Below, one piece after another: positions 42,169 through 52,241 of a stretch of DNA of 64,000 nt. The position numbers and the translations under genes were made by a program. The notes under the pieces were generated by a model. The model searched no databases. It saw only the letters and a program-made list of their open reading frames with translations, and had not been told where the DNA came from. The stretch is from positions 128,001 through 192,000 of the forward strand of contig JAHQWG010000016.1 of NCBI GenBank assembly GCA_029856045.1, read 5' to 3'. Position 1 is the stretch's first letter. Every line of letters starts with the position of its first letter. Origin of the DNA: Promethearchaeia archaeon (GTDB taxonomy: Archaea > Asgardarchaeota > Lokiarchaeia > Sigyniarchaeales > SOKP01).

Positions 42169-42822
42169 ATGGTGAGAGTTACAGCAGATCATCGCATATA
42201 TATAAAAATTTTATACTGGGGAATGGCTAGCTCGGGTAAAACTACTATAGTGGATACTTTATATCGTCTTACAAAAGAACAAAAAAAAGACATAGAACCT
42301 ACAGGAAATTTAACGAAAATTGCTATGGCAAGTGGCTCTACTCTCTATTTTGATAGAGGAATTTTTCAATCTACAAAAGAACGAAAAGTCTATTATCATG
42401 TTTATACAGTTGCTGGACAAAGTCGATTTTCTCCTTTAAGAAAAAAAATATTTAAAGGAACAGATGGAGCAATATTTGTTGTAGATTCTCAAACTCATCT
42501 TTTCGAAGATAATATTGAATCATTAAAAGAATTAAAAAAAGTAGCTAAAGGGTCATTAATGAAAGAAATTCCTCTGTTGGTAATGTTAAATAAGAAAGAT
42601 TTAACAGAAACGATAAATGCAAGTGAATTTGAACAAATTTTAAAGGAAGAAGAATTATGGTATGAGGCACCTCATAAATTAACGCTCTGGAATCCTATAA
42701 TTTACGAATCTTGTGCATTATATAATAAAAAAAGAGAAGTATATCGAAGTTTTTATGAATGTGCTAGGAGAACAGCATTGTATCATATATATGGAAATGG
42801 AACAGCTCCATTAGATAATTAA
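42169..42822 (+). CDS. MglA-like small GTPase
   Basis: KILYWGMASSGKTT, TLYFD, YTVAGQ, NKKD, SCAL. Confidence 0.85.
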   Translation: MVRVTADHRIYIKILYWGMASSGKTTIVDTLYRLTKEQKKDIEPTGNLTKIAMASGSTLYFDRGIFQSTKERKVYYHVYTVAGQSRFSPLRKKIFKGTDGAIFVVDSQTHLFEDNIESLKELKKVAKGSLMKEIPLLVMLNKKDLTETINASEFEQILKEEELWYEAPHKLTLWNPIIYESCALYNKKREVYRSFYECARRTALYHIYGNGTAPLDN

Positions 42823-43090
42823 TCTTAAAAAAATAATGAGTAAACCTATCTTTTTTTCTCACGATTAAATTTTCTATGTTTTAAATTCATTATTTGATCA
42901 TAATTCCTTTAAAAATTACTCTAATTAAATTTAAAGCAACACATTTATTATCTCTCATAATCTGAACTACTCAATTTTTGCTTTAATTAAAAAATTTTAA
43001 TTTAATTTGTATTTTAATTAAAAATTATTTATGAAATCTTAATTTATTTTTTCAAGATTTTTTAAACTAATCTTTTAAGAAAAGATATCT

Positions 43091-43161
43091 AATTCTCAGC
43101 GTAACTATTAACTCATCACTCGTCCAATGACATCAGATTTGTCTAGTTTCATCATAGAATT
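43091..43161 (-). ncRNA. Box C/D guide sRNA
   Basis: Minus strand: AATTC stem, C ATGATGA, guide AACTAGACAAAT, D' CTGA, C' GTGATGA, guide GTTAATAGTTACG, D CTGA, GAATT stem. Confidence 0.85.
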
Positions 43162-43480
43162 ATAAATAAATAAATTAATACAACTTAATAAAAAACTAGA
43201 ATTTCTAATAGTAATTGAAAATATCATCTTCAATTCTAAGATTTTACTAAAGGCTTAAAAAAAATAATTATTTTTTTAACAAAAAAAAGTTATCTTTTAA
43301 TTTCATTTAAAAATAAAATTACTTTTAATCAATTTGGGTTTTTTTTTTGATTCGGATAGGGAAAAAATTTCAATTTGCTATAATGAAATTGGGATCGCAA
43401 ATAACAATAACTTAAATATTAAAATAATTATAAATAAAATTAATTTGTTAAATATTGATAAAAATTATGTGATCTAATTT

Positions 43481-45073
43481 ATGGAAAAAATTATACCATT
43501 TATGATGGGAGATATAAAATATGTCCCCTCTAAAACTAGGAGAACATTTATTGAAGAAATAGCTTTGTCTTTATGTGTCTTATTTGAAGAAAATGGTAGT
43601 ATCATAAAAAAATGGGGTACAATTGAAACAATTTCCTTATGCTTTTGGCCGGTGAGATTAATCCCTTTGAGTGAAAATCGTACTTGTATAACTAGTTATT
43701 TATTTCAAAATGCTCCTAAAGTTCCTGTTGGTCCTTTTAAAAAAATTCCATTAAATCCTGAAGCAGTTATTAAGGCTTCTGATCCTGAATCTTTTGTTAA
43801 ATCTTTAATCTCATATGATTCTAAATATCTTTCTAGTAAGGCAAATTTTTCACGAAAAATAATTATTCAAGAAGCTTTATTTGGTATTGAAGAAATCAAT
43901 TTTTTTAAACCCTTTTTCAATAATAAATTTGATTTAAAGTCATTTGAAGAGAAGAATTTTATTCTGTCTGGAGATCCCATAACAAAGAGTGTCAATCAAA
44001 TCAATATTCGTAAAGAAATTTATGATTTTATAAATTTTACAGAAGTTAAAATATTAGATCAATATAATGAAAAAATCAATAAATTGTGTGACAAATGGAT
44101 TGAAAAAACTTCAAAAGATGTTGATAATTATAAAATTAAAACAATAGATCACCAAAAGGAAGAAGAACAGTTAGAAAGATTGAATAAAGAATTAAGGGAA
44201 GAAAAAGAGAGAGACCTGCATGATTCTGATGAAGAGTTATTAAATTCAGGAAAATTTAAGATTAATGATACTTCATCTGTTATAATTAATGAAATTGAAT
44301 CATTAAAAAAAGAAATATTAAAACTAGGTCAGTCAGCAAAAGGAAAAAATCTACTTCTAATTAAAGAAAACATTAAAAACTCATATAGAGAGTGTAAAAA
44401 AGTTGAAAATTCCATAACACAATTTGATAACGAATTAACTATATTAAAAAGAAACTTAATAAAAGAAAGAAATAATATTCAAAAAAACCATAACTCAATA
44501 ATTTCTAGTATAGAATCCAATATTAATTCAATACAAGCAAAAATGAACTCTGATGAGAAAGATTATAATAAAGAATTTGTAGATCTTCAAGATATATTAA
44601 AACAAATTCAAAAATTAAAACAAAAAGTCAATAATAATTTTTTAATCATTAAAGAAATGGAGTTGGATCAAGTACAAAAATTTTTACATGAATATACTCT
44701 AGAGATCAAAACAGAAAATGTGATTGTTGGAATACCAATCTTTATTTTCAATTTTCGAAGTCAAAAGGCGGAAAAAGTAGATAAATACATGCCTGTATTA
44801 CCTATTTTAATTAGTGAAGGGAAAAAAAAGGGGAATGTTGCAAATGTAAAATCTAAAATAAAAACAATTTTTACAGATCGTTTCATTAAAATATTTAATA
44901 AATATAAGGCAATGAAAGATTTAATCTCGGTAGAAAGTAAGAATAATAATATATTAGAAATTAATAATTTAACATCTTTATTATTAGAATCTATAGATGA
45001 GCTTAGAATGAAGGAGCTAATCTCAAATAAAATTGCAACAAATGTAAAAGATCTAATTGAATCTATAATTTAA
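43481..45073 (+). CDS. Long coiled-coil hypothetical protein
   Basis: Central heptad-rich region between globular ends. Confidence 0.65.
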   Translation: MEKIIPFMMGDIKYVPSKTRRTFIEEIALSLCVLFEENGSIIKKWGTIETISLCFWPVRLIPLSENRTCITSYLFQNAPKVPVGPFKKIPLNPEAVIKASDPESFVKSLISYDSKYLSSKANFSRKIIIQEALFGIEEINFFKPFFNNKFDLKSFEEKNFILSGDPITKSVNQINIRKEIYDFINFTEVKILDQYNEKINKLCDKWIEKTSKDVDNYKIKTIDHQKEEEQLERLNKELREEKERDLHDSDEELLNSGKFKINDTSSVIINEIESLKKEILKLGQSAKGKNLLLIKENIKNSYRECKKVENSITQFDNELTILKRNLIKERNNIQKNHNSIISSIESNINSIQAKMNSDEKDYNKEFVDLQDILKQIQKLKQKVNNNFLIIKEMELDQVQKFLHEYTLEIKTENVIVGIPIFIFNFRSQKAEKVDKYMPVLPILISEGKKKGNVANVKSKIKTIFTDRFIKIFNKYKAMKDLISVESKNNNILEINNLTSLLLESIDELRMKELISNKIATNVKDLIESII

Positions 45074-45142
45074 CATATTCAAAAAAATATTTAACTAATC
45101 ATTAATTCTTTTATTTAATTAAGTTGATAGATCGCACTAATT

Positions 45143-45328
45143 ATGGGTCTTTATAGTAAGGTTAAAGAGAATATATCTGAAAAATTTTCAATTTTTCAGT
45201 TAATGTCTTTATTAGAGATGGATGAATCAGATATAAGAGAGTGTAGAAACATTTTGAAACAATGGTATTTACTGGGTTACATCAAAAGAATCTCTAAAAA
45301 TATGTATCAGAAAATAAAAAAATCTTAA
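45143..45328 (+). CDS. Small winged-helix protein
   Basis: FSIFQLMSLLEM...RNILKQWYLLGYIKRISKNMYQK. Confidence 0.55.
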   Translation: MGLYSKVKENISEKFSIFQLMSLLEMDESDIRECRNILKQWYLLGYIKRISKNMYQKIKKS

Positions 45329-45380
45329 AAACATTATTCTCTATTTTAATTATTCCTTTTTGCTATATTAAAAAAAATAA

Positions 45381-45959
45381 TTAATTGATTACAATATTTA
45401 TTTGCGGAAAGATGAAATTAAGCATTTTTTTAAAAGACTCAAAAATTCCAATACCATCTGTTGCAATGGTATTAAGAATATCAACTTTTTCAAAAAGATT
45501 GAAATTAATTTCATTTAAAAATTCTGATTTTTCTATTTTATTTTGCAAATCCCATTTATTTAAACAAATAATAATAGGCATATCATAAAATTTATTTGAG
45601 AAAAAGGTATATAATTCATTCCAAGACCTCAAATTCTGTTTTATACATGTATTTTGTGAATCTACAATAAAAATTATTCCATCAACTCCTATTAATGTTG
45701 CTGGTCGTGTACTTGCATAAAAATCTTGCCCCGTAGCTGAATATAATAGCAATTTAATATTCCATTCAAAACCTTGAAAATTCAATACTCCAAAATCGAA
45801 AAATAATGTTCTTCCAGTTGTACTTTCTATTGATTTTAATATTTCTTGTTTTCCAAAATATTTAAATAAGCTTTTTAATGATGTAGTTTTTCCTGACATT
45901 GCAGGACCATAATATACAATTTTAATTTGAATTGTTTTGTTACAATAGTCAAATAGCAA
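45381..45959 (-). CDS. MglA-like small GTPase
   Basis: KIVYYGPAMSGKTT, RTLFFDF, ATGQDFY, NKWD; close paralog of 10131..10715. Confidence 0.85.
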   Translation of the reverse strand: MLFDYCNKTIQIKIVYYGPAMSGKTTSLKSLFKYFGKQEILKSIESTTGRTLFFDFGVLNFQGFEWNIKLLLYSATGQDFYASTRPATLIGVDGIIFIVDSQNTCIKQNLRSWNELYTFFSNKFYDMPIIICLNKWDLQNKIEKSEFLNEINFNLFEKVDILNTIATDGIGIFESFKKMLNFIFPQINIVIN

Positions 45960-45963
45960 AATA

Positions 45964-46863
45964 TTACCCCCATAAGGATTCTAAATGATCTCCAATTTTT
46001 ACATGCTTCCCATTTTTTAATAATGGATCAAACCCTTCACCCCATTCATAATATATAAATGAAAGTATCCTTTCTATTGGCGCGATTTGATAATCTATTG
46101 TATTTAAAAGGATTTTTCCACTAATTGTTGCATCTAAACCTAAAGTTGATAGTAAATTTAAACGATTTAAAATGAAAAAAGCTCTTTTTGATGCAGAAAA
46201 GAAATTTTGGATCTCTTTTTTAAAAATATTTTTTTGGATCTCTTCTTTTTCTATAGAAAAATCCAAAAGGCTAATCATTGTACCATCATCAATATTTGTT
46301 GTGTTTGTTTTTTGGGATAAAATCCTCTTCATTCTTATTATGGAATTTTCAGTATCTTGTGAACTTTTTCTAAGAATTCTCCTTTCTAATTTTAGATTAA
46401 TATCACTTGAGTTATCACCTTCTAACTGTACTGATATCGAGTTATTTATTAGCATAATAGAAAGAAATAGAAAATATTTTTCACGCATCAATTTTTTTAT
46501 TATTTTAATTTTCTGTTGATTTTTTATTTGGATCTCTATTCCAATAACCCAAGATTTAAAATTTTTAATATTATTTAAAGCTTTTAAAACAACACTTGAA
46601 GGGCATCTAATAATAATTCTTTGAGAATTATAATCAATTTCCTCATTTTTACATAGGTTTTGATATTCAATTTCTGATACAAAATCTGTATAATAGATTA
46701 ATTCTTTTCTAAAATGCATCAGATCACATAATTCTGCCGAATAATTATCAACATCAATTTCATTTTCTCCAAATATCATTATCGGTATTCTATTAAGAAG
46801 ACTATATAAGATAAGGGATATTTTTTTTTCACCTATCTTATCTATTGAATGAATAATTTGCAA
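45964..46863 (-). CDS. cDENN-like domain protein
   Basis: 'LILYSLLNRIPIMIFGE' and 'SWVIGI' resemble the DENN/folliculin core. Confidence 0.5.
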   Translation of the reverse strand: MQIIHSIDKIGEKKISLILYSLLNRIPIMIFGENEIDVDNYSAELCDLMHFRKELIYYTDFVSEIEYQNLCKNEEIDYNSQRIIIRCPSSVVLKALNNIKNFKSWVIGIEIQIKNQQKIKIIKKLMREKYFLFLSIMLINNSISVQLEGDNSSDINLKLERRILRKSSQDTENSIIRMKRILSQKTNTTNIDDGTMISLLDFSIEKEEIQKNIFKKEIQNFFSASKRAFFILNRLNLLSTLGLDATISGKILLNTIDYQIAPIERILSFIYYEWGEGFDPLLKNGKHVKIGDHLESLWG

Positions 46864-46886
46864 GTTCCTAATCCCTCCTTAATTAT

Positions 46887-47921
46887 TTACTTTATAATTA
46901 ACTCTCCTAAAAGCTTTTTAATATCAAAATGTTTTTTGTAATCTTCAATAACTAATGCTTTTTTAATAATTTGGTTTAATTTATTTGCATACTGAGGTAT
47001 TATCAACCTGAGTAGGCCTAATTTATATTTTCCTTTATCAATAAGAGAACTAAAAATTCCTTTATCAAGACCATAAATAAATTGAAAATTGGTTTCACAA
47101 TCTAAAAGAATTGTATTAATTTGCATTTTCTTCAACAACCAAGCGCATCTATTTGATGTTTGAAATAATGAGGAACTCATAGCTGCAGTTGTTTCAAGTG
47201 GATTATACCGAAAAATTTCTTTTTTTATAATTTTTGAAGCGATAAAACCTCCTTCCAGCGTTAGAAAAGAACATCTTAAATCAGGTATCGAAAAAGAAAA
47301 AGTTTTTAAAATTTCATCTAATTGATAAGAATCCTTTTCAGAAAACCCTAATGAATAGGCTGATAATTTAAAATTTCTTGAAAAATCTTCTTTTACATCG
47401 AATTCTTCCATCATCTTCTTTATTTGTTCGTTGTTAAACTCAATCAAAGGTGGTTTGAAAGATTCACCTGATGTAATCAATGTTCGTTTAATTTTCATAA
47501 GACTATCTCCTGTTTGTAAAAAAATACTTCCAAGATTTACTGTTGGGAGTGTAGTAATTGCTATAAAAAACTCATTATCATTTTCAAAAATACCTTGTTC
47601 TTCTAAAATTTTATTAAGTGGAGAATCATATGAGTTTTTAAGTGGAGCGATTAAAATTTTTGCCTTTTTCCCCTCAATTAATATATATTTTAGTTCTTTT
47701 GGATGTAAATGAATACCGATATTATAAATTGCACTTGTGGCTGCAGAAACACCAAAGATTTCATCTTTTGAAAACCAAACCCCACTTGATTGAATGGGAT
47801 TACCATCTCTCTGAGTTAAGACAACATTTTCTACTCCTTTTAGATTTTTAATTTGATCCAAATGTTTTCCTATTCTTTCTCTAATTGTCATTAAATAACC
47901 TAAAAATTGGAATTTAACCAT
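46887..47921 (-). CDS. Tandem roadblock/LC7 (MglB-like) domain protein
   Basis: GVENVVLTQRDGNPI and FLTLEGGFIAS; LGSI and LGLL ends of two roadblock folds. Confidence 0.8.
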   Translation of the reverse strand: MVKFQFLGYLMTIRERIGKHLDQIKNLKGVENVVLTQRDGNPIQSSGVWFSKDEIFGVSAATSAIYNIGIHLHPKELKYILIEGKKAKILIAPLKNSYDSPLNKILEEQGIFENDNEFFIAITTLPTVNLGSIFLQTGDSLMKIKRTLITSGESFKPPLIEFNNEQIKKMMEEFDVKEDFSRNFKLSAYSLGFSEKDSYQLDEILKTFSFSIPDLRCSFLTLEGGFIASKIIKKEIFRYNPLETTAAMSSSLFQTSNRCAWLLKKMQINTILLDCETNFQFIYGLDKGIFSSLIDKGKYKLGLLRLIIPQYANKLNQIIKKALVIEDYKKHFDIKKLLGELIIK

Positions 47922-48240
47922 TTTTTTAAAAATAGATTTTTAAACTCCATTATTTTTTAAAACTCGTAATTTCTGGTCTCAAAACGTAAGTAAAATTTGC
48001 GATTAAAAGCAAAAATTTAAAATATATAGATTGATTATTAATAATGTATTTAAATCGTAAATTAATCGGCGTGAGCTCGGATGACGGTATAACTTCCAAA
48101 AAATGATGGGTTCCTTTCAAATTACGATAAAAAAAATGTGGTTTTAATTTTAAATTAAAACTGAAAAAAGTACAATTAAAAAAATAAAAATATCCGCCAA
48201 AGTAATTTAAATTAGTCTTCAAAAACCGATTCCACTTAAT

Positions 48241-49738
<1,498 letters not shown>

Positions 49739-49865
49739 TTAACTTTTCTTAATTTTTTTTATATTCTTTTAGAGAAATTTAATTCAAATTTTCTTGTTAA
49801 AATAAAAAAACTCTTTAAAATTAATTTTAAATAATAAAAACATTTTAATATAATATGAAATATAT

Positions 49866-50003
49866 GGGCCTGTAGATCAGTGGAAGATCATTGGGTTCGG
49901 TCTCGTATCCAAACTTAGGCTTGACTTGCACACCAGCTTGATTGATTTTCATTCAAGAGGTCAAGAGTTCAAGAGGTCACGGGTTCAATTCCCGTCAGGT
50001 CCA
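49866..50003 (+). tRNA. tRNA-Ala(UGC) with two introns: 25/26 (49890-49918) and 37/38 (49931-49967)
   Basis: Acceptor GGGCCTG/CAGGTCC, D stem GATC/GATC, anticodon stem CTTGA/TCAAG around TGC, strict BHB at 37/38. Confidence 0.9.
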
Positions 50004-50397
50004 TTTTTTTTATTGAATTTATATAAAATAGATCTTTTATTTTTTTGATTATATTTTCTGCTTTAATCATACATTTCCTGCTTGAGAATCCTTTCGGAAA
50101 CTCAATCCAAACAATATATTTTTCAACATTAATGTTTAAAGGAAGTATTATTGAATACAGATTATTCGTTTGAATTATTAATTTTTTCAATAAATATAAT
50201 TGTTTATAGTTAATAGAATAAAAAATATCTAAAATTTTTTTAAAAGATGCAATTAATTTTTCTCCCGTTTTTATGTTTGAAAAAAAAATTAAACCTTCCT
50301 CTGTTCCTAAAATAATTTTAAATTTTGTGCTTTGAGGGTTAAATAAATGTTCTAAAATTTTATAAATTTCATCATAATTTGTGATTTTATTATACAT
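49969..50397 (-). CDS. Roadblock/LC7-like protein; 3' end overlaps tRNA-Ala antisense
   Basis: KIILGTEEGLIFFSN and roadblock-like secondary-structure pattern. Confidence 0.55.
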   Translation of the reverse strand: MYNKITNYDEIYKILEHLFNPQSTKFKIILGTEEGLIFFSNIKTGEKLIASFKKILDIFYSINYKQLYLLKKLIIQTNNLYSIILPLNINVEKYIVWIEFPKGFSSRKCMIKAENIIKKIKDLFYINSIKKMDLTGIEPVTS

Positions 50398-50554
50398 TTT
50401 TTGTTAAACACCATTTTCCAAATAAGAGTTGTTAGAAAAATGTTATTTTTCTTTTCTATTAAATTAAAATAGAAATATATAAACTTCACTTAAAAAGATT
50501 TTAATAAAATATAACATTAAAATTATAAATTGTATTAGAATTTGGCATTATATT

Positions 50555-50674
50555 ATGTTAATTCAAATTCCTGGGATCGATGGAACTAATTATGAATTCA
50601 TTATAAATCTAATAGGTGTTATTTTATTAATTTTTATTTTAATATACATTGCCTTAACATCTCGTTCAGAATAG
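50555..50674 (+). CDS. 39-aa single-TM microprotein (not in ORF track)
   Basis: MLIQIPGIDGTNYEFIINLIGVILLIFILIYIALTSRSE*. Confidence 0.4.
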   Translation: MLIQIPGIDGTNYEFIINLIGVILLIFILIYIALTSRSE

Positions 50675-50683
50675 ATATTCTAA

Positions 50684-51934
50684 TCATTTTGCTGAAAAAA
50701 TTTTTATCACATCATTATCTTTTAAAATATAATTCTCTCCTAATTTCATTTTCGATTTTACCTCCATCCCGTAAATAAAATGTTTTGCTAAGTCAGTGTG
50801 AATTTTTTCTCTAATAAATTCCCGTAATTTTGTTCCTTTTCTAATTAAAAAAACATCAGGGAGTACATTTCCATCTTTATCTGTTAAAGTATTTAAATTT
50901 GCAACAGGATATACAGTAATTTGGTCTAATAAAGAATATACTGCGTAATTTAATGTTTTTTGAACTCCTGTACCTCCAATTCCTCGTAATAATTTTTCTC
51001 TAACCTTTTCTAGAGCTTCCAATTCATTTTTTTTTAGATTCTCTTTTTTTATTATAATAAAATCAGTATCACCAGGCATATATTTGATAATACCTTCCTT
51101 ACTATATTCCCTAAGAATGAATTCTGCTAAGGCACTGCATGGAATAATTTTCTTCTTATATTTTTTCTTTAATTCATCCAGTTTTCTCATACCAATCTCT
51201 TTATCAATTTTATTAGCAATTATTATTATCGGTTTAGAGATTTCTCTTAGGTTTTTTGAAAAAAAATTTAGTTCTGCTTTATCCCATTTTGATATTGGCT
51301 TTCCATCTAAATTGGATTTTTCAATTGATTTCTCTATATCGTCCTTTTTAATTGATAATCCTGATAATCTTTGATATAATGCTTCAATAAGCTCATTCCC
51401 CCCCTTAATAACTCTCATTGAAAATTTTCTCCAATCCTCTCTTTCAATAATTCCTTTAAACCATAAATTTATTTCATCTTCTAAAAACATTATATCTTCG
51501 TAAGGATCATGGGACCCTGACTCTACTGTATTTCCATTTGCATCCAAAGAACCTGTAATATCAATAATATGTAATAGTACATCTGCTCGGCTTAAATCAC
51601 TCAAAAATCTATTCCCAAGCCCCTTCCCCTCATGAGCTCCCGGTACTAAACCAGCTACATCTAATAATTGAATAGGAATAAAACGAATTTGTTCTATACA
51701 TTTTGAATTCTTAGGATTATCCTTAACATTCAATTCTTTACATACGCACGGTTTTTTAACATATGCTATTCCTTTATTGGGATCGATAGTTGTAAAGGGA
51801 TAATCTCCAACTTTAGCATGAGTTAAACAAGCACTATTTAAGAATGTACTTTTACCGGAAGAAGGTTTAGGGTTAAATTAGAATCTTTATATATAAATAA
51901 TCTAAAATAATTTCCCTACCACACCGATTAGCAC
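50684..51934 (-). CDS. ychF: YchF/Ola1-family (archaeal Ygr210-like) Obg NTPase; exons 51934-51912 and 51866-50684 give 401 aa
   Basis: Joined product MLIGVVGKPSSGKSTFLN...YPFTTIDPN...CVC...DVAGLVPGAHEGKGLGNRFL...ANKID...TGS-like tail. Confidence 0.9.
51867..51911 (-). other. 45-nt BHB-type intron in ychF mRNA
   Basis: Splits the first Lys codon of the P-loop (GK|PSSGKS); in-frame TAG; central helix AGGG/CCCT with AAA bulges and an internal hairpin. Confidence 0.8.
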
Positions 51935-52241
51935 ATATTTTCACTTATAACTTAATTTATTTATATTTAATTTATTGCATTTTAGTTAATTTAAAAAAAT
52001 ATAATTATTAAAGTTCTATTTTTCTTTTTAATAAGATTGCATGATAATAACATTTTAATGAATTTATTAAAATTAATTTTTTCTTAATAATTTAAATTTT
52101 TTTAGTTATCATTATTTATGTTTTAATGACCATTTATTATAATCTATTCAGTTCTTAATAAAATATTGATACCCAAATTTCTTGAAATCGTTTTTTCTTC
52201 GTTTTAAAGAAATATTAGTAAAGAAATTAAAGAATCTTATT

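Noticed and set aside
51867-51911. Read-through or selenocysteine/pyrrolysine explanation for the ychF insertion
   Set aside because: Translating it would put 15 residues inside the P-loop; BHB splicing restores the motif exactly.
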